Shown here piece by piece: positions 50,101 through 62,158 of a stretch of 64,000 nucleotides of DNA. This DNA is from Macrostomum lignano. Its lineage: Eukaryota. Location: the NCBI GenBank assembly GCA_002269645.1, contig NIVC01001723.1:25844-89843 (forward strand). The letters run 5' to 3'. A program made the position numbers and the translations under genes. The number at the start of each line of letters is the position of its first letter. Position 1 is the stretch's first letter. The notes under the pieces were generated by a model. The model had not been told where the DNA came from, searched no databases, and saw nothing but the letters and a program-made list of their open reading frames with translations.

Positions 50101-53100
50101 AAAAAATTGCTGCCGTCTAGAGAATGATTTGACAAGGACTAGTGAGTGACCTGTGCCAAGATCAGAAAGGCTCTTGGCATTGGATTGGTAGCAGTTAAAA
50201 CATCCTACACAACAAGCTGAGAGCCTCTAAGTGGTGTGCCCATTGGGTGCTCTATAACCTGATAGAGGACTAAAAAGTGGAGCAAGTGCTTTGGTATGAG
50301 TTAATGCTCAAAAGATTGATTCTGGGGCCTCAAAGCAATGCTGGGAAATTATCACAGGCGATAAGACCTAGGTCTATCAATACAACCCAGAAACCAAGCA
50401 GCAGTTGGCAGTTTGGCTCCTTCTAGACGATGCTACCCCAACAAAGGTCAAGCAAGCCTACAGTGTTGGGAAGCAGATAGTTGCAACTTTCTTCAGCCAG
50501 GCTGGCCACCTGGTGACTATAGCACTCCCAAGACAGGTGGATAGTCAATGCCGACTAGTCAAGAATACTGCTCTAGCCCTATTGCAATCATACCATATCA
50601 CATTCTATGCCATCAAGCTAATTCCACAGCATAGCAGGCCACTATGCCATATATCTAAATGCACACCAATGCAGGCCAATTTTTTTGGCCAAACCAAAAT
50701 GCATGCAAATGCACACCATTTTTTTGGCTAAACCAAATGCATGCCAGAATTTTCTCTTTTTAAATCTCTTTTCTCTTTTTAAATTCAACCTTCTAGAGTA
50801 TGGTATATATAGGGTTTATTAACCATAAAAATAGCAGTTTTGCTATTTATATAGTTATATCAAATTAAAACCTTAGAGATTTAGGCCTAGAATAGTGCCA
50901 TATTCCAGATCATGTAGTATATACCCAAAAATTTGGGCATGCATTGGCCTTGCACGCTATAAGTAATATGCACAGTTGACATGCATCACTCCTAAGAAAA
51001 TAGTATATGTGCATACCTGGCATGCACTTTATAGAATTATATAGAAGAGTTAGTTTTAAGACAAAAAAGATGAAAAAGTTCATTTTTAAGCATAAATTTC
51101 AAGCTTTCTAGGTTTTTAAAGCTTGTAATAAGGCATTTAAACAAATATTTGTGTGTATACATTTTCTACTATAAATAGTATAAGCAATAAAGCATAAAAA
51201 TCAACCAAATTATTAGCCAAAAGGTTCTTATGCAACTGAAAAAAATGTTATTTATTGTTGTAACATAAAAAAGGTCATTTATTGTTGCAATACTAGCATA
51301 GATTTTTGAGTGTGTGTGTACACTCAAATTTTTTTGGCATGCCTTTGTAATTATTTAGTTTTTGTTTGGACATGATATAGACTATGTGCAAAGTAGTGTC
51401 TTATATGTTGACTATAAAAATAAATATTTTGCTATTTATATGGTAACTGTAATACTACCATGTAGCAAGTCAAATGAAAATATGATTTACTATTCAATAA
51501 ATAGGCCTAGGCTAAAGTTAATTTAATAAGGGACCTATCTAAGACTAATACTAGTAGGCTAGTAACAAAAGTTTGTCTTAAATTTGCAGTAAAATGTTAA
51601 TATATTGTATATTTAAGATTATATTAGTTATATTATCATATTATTATAGGCTAACTTTGATTATAAAAAGGGCATGTCTAATATTGTCTATGGTCTAAAC
51701 CCAGCTCTGGTTAACACTATTTGCTATGGGCTAGCTGAGATTGGTTGCTTGTAGGTTAAGTTCAAGGATAAAAAAACCAATATACCATAGTTTAGAAGGC
51801 AATATGTATTTTTTAGGCCCCTACCTAGTTAATTTATATATGTAATCAATCATTTTTAAAAGTTTTTTCTATAAATGATATAATAACATCAAATGTCAAT
51901 ATCTAAAACTTAAAAAAGTTGATTCAATTGAAAATTATAAAGCATATGTTGGTTGGCATTAGTACTGTACCAATAATTTTAGCTAAGCCTTCATAGTTAT
52001 ATTTTATAACAATCATTGTTACAGACACAGCTATATGGCAATTTATAGTGCAGTGGCTATAAAAAAAATTATATACATGAATCACAATGTCAAGTAGTGA
52101 GCATAGAGAGAGGATAGATACTAATCTTAGTAGTATACTAATCTCGCCTAATCCCAAAAATTTTGATCCTATCCAACCTGTATATATATATGCTTATAAA
52201 CTAGATAAAGGATTCAATTCCTGCTATTGACCTAAAATCCGAATGCCTAACAATAATGGATATCCCAATCTTGTCTTATCCTAATTTGTTGATCTTGTAT
52301 ATTCCACCATTCTTATATCAATCATTGTTATCTAGAATGAGAACTAGCTCTTCCAAATATACTTGCTACCTTGCCAAGTATTGCAGGACTAGATCACAAA
52401 AGTAGACGTTATACACTTGGATGAAAAAACCTGGCAGGTGTAATAAATTTAGGTACTAAAATATAAACTTGAAGACAAAGGTTTTTTTAGGCATCAGATT
52501 TGCAGTTGCCATCTGGCATCTTATGTCCAAAGTCAGGATCCCAAAATTAAAATTGATCTGTTTCGAGAACACAACACACCTAAACAGAAATAAACGTAGA
52601 TTAAAAGGTGTGAAATTCTGCTGTTAAACTATGTCAGATTTAGTCTGTTTGTTATTAACAATTTCTCTCCCACAATTGTCAACACTCCCTACAGCCGCCG
52701 CCGCCTGCTCAGACGGATTCGTCCGTGACTCACCAGGGCGATCTGGCCGAGTTTCTCTCCCGCGCCGAGCTGCTCAACGCTAAATTTGACAGCTCAGGCG
52801 GGCCGGGCAGCGGCTCTCTACGGCTCCTGTCCCAGGAGGAGGCCGTCGCTGGCCGAATCGGCGGCGGCGCCGGCGTCCTGGCGAAAGCGGCGCGCGAACG
52901 CCGGCGCCTGGCTGCCGAGGAGTTGCGCAATCAGCTGCGCATCCCGCGCCGGCCAGCCTGGTCGCCTGGCGTCACCAGCCCGGCCGAGTTGGAGTCGCTC
53001 GAACGCGAATCGTTTCTGCGCTGGCGCGAGGCGATGGCCCTGCTAGAAGCTAAAGACGGCGTTGCCATGACTCCGTATGAAAAGAATTTGGACTTTTGGC

Positions 53101-55619
53101 GTCAGCTATGGCGAGTACTGGAGCGCAGTCAGGCTGTAGTGCAGATTGTTGACGCCAGAGATCCGCTGTTCTTCTATTCGCCAGATTTGGACGCCTACGC
53201 CAAGGAGTGCGGCTGCCAGACGGCTGTGCTGTTGAACAAGTGCGACCTGCTGACGCCAATCCAGTTGACCGCTTGGAGGCAATATTTCCAGACTGCCGGC
53301 ACTAGGGCTTTGTTCTTCTCGGCTAAGCCGGCCGGATCCGAAGCTGATGAGGATGCTCAAGATGTGGCTCAGGCTGAGGCTGATGAGGCTGCTGCGATAC
53401 ATGTTAATGAGTCCATGCCGAAAGGTGAGATTGAGGGCTGGGGTTGGTTTAAAGAGTAATATGAGCTTAGATTAGACTAGCTCATAGATTAAGAATAGTC
53501 TGGCTCAGAAATTGAGAATAGTCTGAGTGGCTCATAGATTGAGAATAGACCAGCTCATAGATTGAGAATAGACTCAGTAGACTCTCAGTAGACTATAGAT
53601 TGAGAATAGTCTGAGTGGCTCATAGATTGAGAATAGACCAGCTCATAGATTGAGAATAGTCCAGCTCATAGATTGAGAACAGACCAGCTCATAGATTAAG
53701 AAATAGACCATCTCATAGATTGAGAATAGACTGGCCCATAGATTAAGAAAAGACCAGCTCAAAGATTGAGAATAGACCAGCTCATAGATTGAAAATAGAC
53801 CAGCTCATAGATTGAGAAAAGACCAGCTCAAAGATTGAGAATAGACTGGCTCACAGGCTGCTGATCTATCTATTCAAAGTAGTAAACATGTATTGTCTGA
53901 ATTGGCCAATATTTGTCCAACTCGCAGTGCTGGCACCCGATGGCCTGGCGGAAGCGCTCGCTGATTTGGCAGCGGAAGCCTCCTTGGCTTCATCCAGTTC
54001 AGCAACCGGCGTTCCCGTAGTCGGCCTAGTCGGCTACCCGAACGTTGGCAAAAGCAGCAGCATCAATGCCCTGCTGCGGGCAAAGAAGGTGCCAGAATCC
54101 GCCACGCCCGGCCGCACAAAGCATCTGCAGACTCTGCCGCTTGGCGATCGGCTGGTCCTGTGCGACTGCCCGGGTCTGGTCATGCCGCAGTTTGTTGGCA
54201 CGTCGGCCGACCTGGTTGTGCACGGAGTTTTGCCCATAGACAACATGCGCGACTGTCTGGGACCGGTGCAGCTGCTGTGCGATCGAATCGATCGCCAGGC
54301 ACTGGCTGAAGTGTACGGACTGCGATTGCCCGAGCCGCCGGAGCCGCTGACGGCCGCCGGTCTGTTGACTGCCTACGCCGAGCTGCACGGTTACACAACG
54401 GGGCACGGGGTGCCGCATCTGGATCGGGCTGCTAGGGAAATTTTAAAGGACAGCGTCACCGGAAGGCGTAAGGCGTTAGTGTATTGTCAAGCTCCGCCAG
54501 GCTTGCAACAGATTGATGAAGTAGATTTCAATAGTAGGCCAAGTGAGTTGTCGATTAAGACTGCGACGATGTCGATGACTGCAGCTGCTGGCGAGGACCG
54601 GGAAGACGCGGCGTCGGTGGCGGCGGCCAGCTTGACAGACTTTGATAAGCAGTTCTTTGCTGAGGTAAGGCACGCGGCATTGAGATTTGTGACATTGAAA
54701 AATAGCTGAAAATTTTATGAAAGCTTGAAGTTGGCAGAGCCTTAAGAAGGCATTGGAGCAATCGTGACCTTGGAGCTTTCCTTAGAGCCTCTGTGACGAT
54801 TTTATGAAATCTCTGCGGAGCTTGTGTGACCTTCAAAAATTTCCATAGGAGCATTGCGACCATGGGGAAATTTCTGTAGATCTTTTCGAAACTTTCTTAA
54901 GCCATTTTTTGACGTCAAGAAATCTCCATAGAACCATTTTGATTTCGAAAACCCCCATAGGGACGCATTGACCTTGAGAAACCTCCTTAGAGACACAGCG
55001 ACTTTGAGAAACCACCTTAAAGACAGTGACCTTGAGAAACCACTTTAGAAACACAGTGACCTTGGTAAACCACTAGAGACACAGTGACCTTGAGAAACCA
55101 CCTTAGAGACACAGTGACCTTGGTAAACCGCCTTAGAGACCCAATGACCTTGAGGAACCCCATTAGAGACACAGTGGCCTTCAGAAACCTTATAGACACA
55201 GTGACCTTGAGAAACCATCTTATTAAAGACACCGTGACCTTGAGGAACCCCATTGGAGATACAGTGGCCTTCAGAAACCTCCTTATAAACATAGTGACCT
55301 TGAGAAACCATCTTAAAGACACCGTGACCTTGAGAAACCCCATTATAGACACAGTGACCTTAAGAAACCACCTTAGAGACACAGTGACCTTGTGAAACCT
55401 CCTTAGAGACACAGTGACCTTGAGAAACCACCTTAGAGACACAGTGACCTTGAAATATTTGAATATGAATTTCAGAAAACAGCGGACGTGAGGTTCCGCG
55501 CCACAGGCCGGCCGCAAGGTCACTCGGGTGCTGAGCAGACTGGCAAGTCCTGGAAGCGGCACAATAACAGCAGCAAGCGAGAGAAACTGCGCAGGGTGTA
55601 CAGGCATCTGGATCAGTAG
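47143..55619 (+). CDS. LSG1: Large subunit GTPase 1; join(47143..47265,52695..53424,53928..54664,55476..55619), about 577 aa
   Basis: TPYEKNLDFWRQLWRVLERS; circularly permuted motifs NKCD, GYPNVGKSS, TPGRTKH, DCPG; C-terminus KSWKRH...KREKLRRVYRHLD. Exon 1 (MPVSKGNLGSTLSKQF..., donor CTG|GTAAGC, phase 0) is less certain. Confidence 0.92.
47800..48595 (+). mobile_element. Non-autonomous Merlin (IS1016/IS1595-like) DNA transposon, 796 bp
   Basis: About 40-bp TIRs starting GGCGATTTTCCTCTTTCG; 8-bp TSD AAATGCTT (47792-47799, 48596-48603); internal FESHLEEFMWRK...NVFGNILFWIAHYY resembles the Merlin transposase C-terminus. Confidence 0.78.
50020..50600 (+). pseudogene. Highly decayed mariner transposase relic
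   Basis: YKWGQSSLDDKPQTG, ILHNKL...CAHWV, IITGDKT*VYQYNPETKQQLAVWL...PTKVKQAYSVGKQIVATFF; stops and frameshifts. Confidence 0.85.
53470..53855. repeat. About 23-bp minisatellite in LSG1 intron 2
   Basis: CTCATAGATTGAGAATAGACCAG with variants. Confidence 0.9.
54740..55452. repeat. About 30-bp minisatellite in LSG1 intron 3, degenerating towards the 5' end
   Basis: GACACAGTGACCTTGAGAAACCACCTTAGA with variants. Confidence 0.9.
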
Positions 55620-55919
55620 GGGCTTGAGCAGATTGTTAAATTGATTCTTGTCCAAGTATTTTTGTCTTTGTATTATTTTCTTAATCATAATCTGATCCTT
55701 GTTTTCTGGTCTCTGGTAAAATTAACATAAAGATATGAAAGCAATTGGATAGTGTAGTTTCCATTTGTCAACCATGCTAAGAATAAGAGACTCAAACATA
55801 AATTACATGAATGATGCTATAATAAAAGAGTGAGGTTTTTTCGGCCTTGCAATTTTTGGAATTATTTGTTGAAATCAATGATTTTAACTTTCAACTTTCA
55901 ACAGCTTAACTAGAAATAA

Positions 55920-58212
55920 AGCGGACTCGGATTAGCGGAGAGGCAGACTCGGATTAGCGGAGAGGCAGACTCAGATTAGTAAATGAAGAGGCAGACTCAA
56001 ATTAGCGGAGAAGCAGACTCAGATTAGCGGAGAGGCACACTCAGATTAGCGGATGGAGAGGCAAACTCAGATTAGCGGAGAGGCAGACTCAGATTAGTAA
56101 ATGGAGAGGCAGACTCAAATTAGCGGAGAAGCAGACTCAGATTAGTGGAGAGGCACACTCAGATTAGCGGATGGAGAGGCAAACTCAAATTAGCGGATGG
56201 AGAGGCAGACTCAGATTAGTGGATGGAGAGGCAGACTCAGATTAGCGGAGAGGCAGACTCAGATTAGCGGAGAGGCAGACTCAGATTAGCGGAGAGGCAC
56301 ACTCAGATTAGCGGATGGAGAGGCAGACTCAGATTAGCGGAGAGGCACACTCAGATTAGCGAATGGAGAGGCAGACTCATATTAGCGGAGAGGCAGACTC
56401 AGATTAGCGGATGGAGAAGCAGACTCGGATTAGCGGATGGAGAGGCAGACTCAGATTAGCGGATGGAGAGACAGACTCAGATTAGCGGAGAGGCAGACTC
56501 AGATTAGCGGATGGAGAGGCAGACTCAGATTAGCGGATGGAGAGACAGACTCAGATTAGCGGGTGGAGAGGCAGACTCAGATTAGCGGGTGGAGAGGCAG
56601 ACTCAGATTAGCGGGTGGAGAGGCAGACTCAGATTAGCGGGTGGAGAGGCAGACTCAGATTAGCGGGTGGAGAGACAGACTCAGATTAGCGGAGAGACAG
56701 ACTCAGATTAGCGGAGAGGCAGACTCAGATTAGCGGATGGAGAGGCAGACTCAGATTAGCGGATGGAGAGGCAGGCTCAGATTAGCGGATAGAGAGACAG
56801 ACTCAGATTAGCGGGTGGAGAGACAGACTCAGATTAGCGGATGGAGAGGCAGACTCAGATTAGCGGATGGAGAGGCAGACTCAGATTAGCGGATAGAGAG
56901 ACAGACTCAGATTAGCGGATAGAGAGACAGACTCAGATTAGCGGGTGGAGAGGCAGACTCAGATTAGCGGGTGGAGAGGCAGACTCAGATTAGCGGGTGG
57001 AGAGGCAGACTCAGATTAGCGGGTGGAGAGGCAGACTCAGATTAGCGGGTGGAGAGACAGACTCAGATTAGCGGAGAGGCAGACTCAGATTAGCGGGTGG
57101 AGAGACAGACTCAGATTAGCGGGTGGAGAGGCAGACTCAGATTAGCGGGTGGAGAGGCAGACTCAGATTAGCGGGTGGAGAGACAGACTCAGATTAGCGG
57201 AGAGGCAGACTCAGATTAGCGGGTGGAGAGGCAGACTCAGATTAGCGGGTGGAGAGGCAGACTCAGATTAGCGGGTGGAGAGACAGACTCAGATTAGCGG
57301 ATAGAGAGACAGACTCAGATTAGCGGATAGAGAGACAGACTCAGATTAGCGGGTGGAGAGGCAGACTCAGATTAGCGAGTGGAGAGACAGACTCAGATTA
57401 GCGAAGAGGCAGACTCAGATTAGCGGGTGGAGAGGCAGACTCAGATTAGCGGGTGGAGAGACAGACTCAGATTAGCGGAGAGGCAGACTCAGATTAGCGG
57501 GTGGAGAGGCAGACTCAGATTAGCGGGTGGAGAGACAGACTCAGATTAGCGGAGAGGCAGACTCAGATTAGCGGGTGGAGAGGCAGACTCAGATTAGCGG
57601 GTGGAGAGGCAGACTCAGATTAGCGGGTGGAGAGACAGACTCAGATTAGCGGATAGAGAGACAGACTCAGATTAGCGGATAGAGAGACAGACTCAGATTA
57701 GCGGGTGGAGAGGCAGACTCAGATTAGCGAGTGGAGAGACAGACTCAGATTAGCGAAGAGGCAGACTCAGATTAGCGGGTGGAGAGGCAGACTCAGATTA
57801 GCGGGTGGAGAGACAGACTCAGATTAGCGGAGAGGCAGACTCAGATTAGCGGGTGGAGAGGCAGACTCAGATTAGCGGGTGGAGAGACAGACTCAGATTA
57901 GCGGAGAGGCAGACTCAGATTAGCGGAGAGGCAGACTCAGATTAGCGGAGAGACAGACTCAGATTAGCGGAGAGGCAGACTCAGATTAGCGGAGAGACAG
58001 ACTCAGATTAGCGGAGAGGCAGACTCAGATTAGCGGAGAGACAGACTCAGATTAGCGGAGAGGCAGACTCAGATTAGCGGAGAGACAGACTCAGATTAGC
58101 GGAGAGACAGACTCAGATTAGCGGAGAGGCAGACTCGGATTAGCGGAGAGGCAGACTCAGATTAGCTGAGAGGCAGACTCAGATTAGCGGAGAGACAGAC
58201 TCAGATTAGCGG
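55920..58212. repeat. 2.3-kb minisatellite of 22/26-bp units between LSG1 and APMAP
   Basis: CAGACTCAGATTAGCGG(GTGG/ATGG)AGAGG; about 115-bp higher-order blocks visible near 57300-57800. Confidence 0.97.
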
Positions 58213-58257
58213 AGGCAGAGCGGAGAGGCGGCGGATGCACAAAAACCGAATTGTTGC

Positions 58258-60526
58258 ATGGCGAGCAAATCCGAACTGCGCGATCGGCGAGCGAAGAAGC
58301 CAAGCTTCATCACGCCCGGCGGTTCGCGCCTGTCCGACCTTGACGACGACGACCTGGTTGAGACGCTGCGCTCCACGGCTGGGGCTCTGGCGTCGCGTGG
58401 CGGCCGAAACAAGAAGGCGAGCAGTCCGGACGACAGGCAGAAAAAGAAGGGCGGCAAGGAGGACAGCGGCCGGGTTGGGGTGCTGTTCAAGCTGACCGTG
58501 TGCCAGCACTTCATGCTGCTATTCGCTATGCTGGCATTCGGCTTTGTTGCTATGCTGCTGTTTATGCCCAACCCGATCGACCCGGTGGCTTATCAACTGC
58601 CGCCGCAGCCGCCCGCCGTTGGCCCTCTGGCGGCTAACGACCGCCTTGCCGCGGCCCGCAAGCTGCTTGTCGGTGCCGTCCGCGGCCCGGAAAGTTTCGT
58701 CTTTGTTGGCGAGCACCTGTTTACCGGCACTCTGGATGGCCGCATTGTGCGGGTTCACTTGGCCTCCGAGCAGCCGGTGCGGTTTTTTCTGCGGGGTGGT
58801 GGGGGGCGAGGGACAGGTAGAACAGTAGGAGCAATTTGGGATCGGGCCAACAAGACAGACATCAAGACAAATACCCAGACAGGCCCCGAGACAAACACCC
58901 AGGTGACACCCAGACAGACACCCAGACAGACACCCAGGCAGACACCGAGACAGACACCCAGGCAGACACCGAGACAGACACCGAGACAGACACCCAGGCA
59001 GACACCGAGACAGACACCCAGGCAGACACCGAGACAGACACCCTGACAGGCCCCGAGACAGACACCCAGACGGACACCCAGATAGAGAGACACAAATATA
59101 TAGCTTTGCTAATTTGTACGTCAGTCGCATTATTTGATAAGGACAGCGTGAGCAGACAGGCAACCAGACAAGCAGACAAGAGCACTGACAGCTACCCATA
59201 CGGACAGACTCACCAATCCCCTATCCCACACAGGAGCTGTGGGTTCGCTTCGGTCCGGCCAACTGTTCGTTGCAAAAGTCCTTCTCTCCGATCAGATGCG
59301 GCCGGCCCCTGGGCCTCAGACGGCATCCCAGCAACCGGTCCCGCCTACTCGTTGCCGACGCCTATTTGGGCCTGATAGACGTTAATCTGGACAAGCGTCA
59401 ATTCCAATCGATTATTGATCGATCTAATCCGATTGGCGTCACGTTCTTCGACGATCTGGACGTCACACCCGACGGTGAGCTGGTGTTTATCTCGGAAGCG
59501 TCCACCAGGTATCCGCTGCACCAACTGATGCACCAGGTGAGCTAATTAAAAAATACTGATCAAAATTGCGATTGCGATTTGGGGGCATGTGTAAGACCCA
59601 TAGAAAGGGTCAAGGTCACTTAGAGGGTCACGTGACAGTTTCAGTTGACGGTCAATTAGAGAGGTCACGTGACAGTTACAATTTACGGTCATCTACAGAA
59701 GTCACGTGACAGTTTCAATTGACGGTCAATTAGAGAGGTCACGTGACAGTTACAATTTACGGTCATCTAGAGAAGTCACGTGACAGTTTCAATTGACGGT
59801 CAATTAGAGAGGTCACGTGATCACGATTCGCATCCATTGGAAGAGTCACGTGATAGCCAAAGGCTTGTTCTTTGGCTTACCAGTGCGGATTGGCTATTCA
59901 ATTTTTACAATGCCTAACAATGATGGGCCTGTAGAAGATAAATCTTTCACCCCGTATCCGCAGATGCTGGAGGGCAGCAGCAATGGCCGCTTGATAATGA
60001 TGAACATGACTAGCGGACACGCAGCCACGGTGCTGGAGGGCCTCAGCTTCCCCAACGGGGGCAGCTGCACCCGGACGGCCAGTCCGTACTGGTGGCCGAG
60101 ACGTCCGGCTTTAAAATCATTCGCTACTATTTTGCCGGCCCAATGGCTGGCCAGACGCGGACATTTGCGGACAATCTGCCATTGGGGCCGGACAATATTC
60201 GATTGTCCTCGGACGGCAAGCACCTGTGGGTGTCCGGCAGCCTCGCCCGTCTGGCCGGACTTCGCAGCAGCGCGGATCTGATGGGCCAGCGCACCTGGCT
60301 GCGCCTGGCTGCGGCTAAGATTCTGCCCGGTCCGCTGCTGCACAACATGGCTGCCGGCCACTACGGCTTGGTACTGCGGCTGGCTATTAACGATGGCCGC
60401 ATTATTGACAGCCTGCACGATACCCAGGGCAAACAGATTACTCATAGTAGCGAGGTTCAGGACTATAATGGTCGATTATTTATTGGAACTTATTATGGCC
60501 CGTATCTGGCTACGCTGGATCTGTAA
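58258..60526 (+). CDS. APMAP: APMAP/strictosidine synthase-like protein; join(58258..58776,59234..59536,59964..60526), with a 1-nt frameshift at about 60060
   Basis: Type II TM anchor, GPESFV..FTGTLDG, CGRPLGLR, LLVADAYLGL, FFDDLDV, GLSFPNG/QLHPDGQSVLVAET, LPLGPDNIRLS, SEVQDYNGRLFIGT. Confidence 0.88.
58850..59090. repeat. 12/24-bp CAGACACC-type repeat in APMAP intron 1
   Basis: GACACCCAGGCAGACACCGAGACA units. Confidence 0.85.
59600..59855. repeat. 37-bp minisatellite in APMAP intron 2 carrying GTCACGTGAC palindromes
   Basis: Palindrome at 59627, 59664, 59701, 59738 and 59775; GTCACGTGAT at 59812 and 59845. Confidence 0.9.
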
Positions 60527-60753
60527 GCTTTAAATTTTTACAGCTGAGTTATGGGTAACAAAACCCATGGCTCACAGAGCCATGGAGCTTGAACAATGAC
60601 ATTTGGAATGGAAGCTTAATTTGATCGGGTGGGACAAGCCAAGGTCTAAGTAGCTACAAAGCAACTAAAGAAAAATTTGACCCTTGACAAGACGACAATA
60701 ATGTACAGACAAGGTTTCGTATAGAAGCGTTCCCTTTTCGGCTATGGCAGTGT

Positions 60754-61355
60754 TGCATTGGCAGCGATAGTCTATGGCCAGCCCTGCTGACCGCGCCGGC
60801 AGGAGGAAAGGCTTTGAATAGCATTGGTAGCGATAGTCTATGGCCAGCCCTGCTGACCGCGCCTGCAGGAAAGGCTTTGCATAGCAGAGTGTTGCATTGG
60901 CAGCGATAGTCTATGGCCAGCCCTGCTGACCGCGCCTGCAGGAAAGGCTTTGCATAGCAGAGTGTTGCATTGGCAGCGATAGTCTATGGCCAGCCCTGCT
61001 GACCGCGCCGGCAGGAGGAAAGGCTTTGCATAGCATTGGTAGCGATAGTCTATGGCCAGCCCTGCTGACCGCGCCTGCAGGAAAGGCTTTGCATAGCAGA
61101 GTTTTGCATTGGCAGCGATAGTCTATGGCCAGTCCTGCTGACCGCGCCTGTAGGAAAGGCTTTGCATAGCAGAGTGTTGCATTGGCAGCGATAGTCTATG
61201 GCCAGCCCTGCTGACCGCGCCTGCAGGAAAGGCTTTGCATAACAGAGTTTTGCATTGGCAGCGATAGTCTATGGCCAGCCCTGCTGACCGCGCCTGCAGG
61301 AAAGGCTTTGCATAGCAGAGGGTTGCATTGGCAGCGATAGTCTATGGCCAGCCCA
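60754..61355. repeat. 66/73-bp tandem repeat, about 8 copies
   Basis: AGTCTATGGCCAGCCCTGCTGACCGCGCC at 60835, 60908, 60981 and 61047. Confidence 0.93.
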
Positions 61356-62158
61356 GCCGGCGTTAAGGGAAAATTTTCATATTTTTACGTTGGTGGGAGA
61401 ACAGAAAAACTCACAAATACTAGTTCGTATGCACACTAGATTGTATATAGTATGTTTGGTTAAATCTTAGCGAAAACTATACATTCAATTACGTTGAAGT
61501 AGTTTCAAATCCTCATGTTTCCAATTGGTAAATTATCATCGCGTTAAAAATTAATTTTTTGACCTTCATAATCTTAGATTGCGCAAAGCTTACTAATTGT
61601 AGTTTACATCTAATAGCGTGGATGCTCGTGGTATATTTGTATATTTTTATGACATCATGTGCCACTGATTTTGACTCTTGTAAAAGTTTTTATGTCTAAT
61701 GCTTGTTATATTTAAAAAATTAGTTTTAATGAAAATTAATAATCTAATCAAATGGATTTGCCTTGCCTGTCTTCAACTTTGTTCTATCCGAATCATGAAT
61801 TTTATATCAGTATAAATTTACTGGGAGCTATTTTCAATTTCAACCCGTTGTTTGTTTGTTAAAGTCGAAATATAAATAAAAATAGCCTTTTCATTTCTAT
61901 TCATTTCCTTGACGTATTATCAATTTTCACAAACAGTTATGAAATTTAATAAGACAAAAAATGTCACATTTCCACTGCCAGTAGCTTAATGCGTTGAATA
62001 GCCAATTTTGATTTTTTAAGTGTAGTTAAAATTAAAATGAAAAAACTACTAATAGTAGATAAAATGCAAGCTAAAATCTTTTTTAATAGTGAAAATTTTC
62101 ACTTTACTACTATCAGTAGGCGAAAAGGTTGCATTTCAATCTATTTATATAATTGCAG

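Larger units (their letters stand above)
47330..51470. mobile_element. Foldback-like structure with long diverged inverted arms in LSG1 intron 1
   Basis: 47330-47799 plus 48596-48830 is the reverse complement of about 50900-51470 (e.g. GATAATTTGGTTGATTTT vs AAAATCAACCAAATTAT; CTATTTTCTTAGGAGTGATGCA vs TGCATCACTCCTAAGAAAATAG). Family unassigned. Confidence 0.7.
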
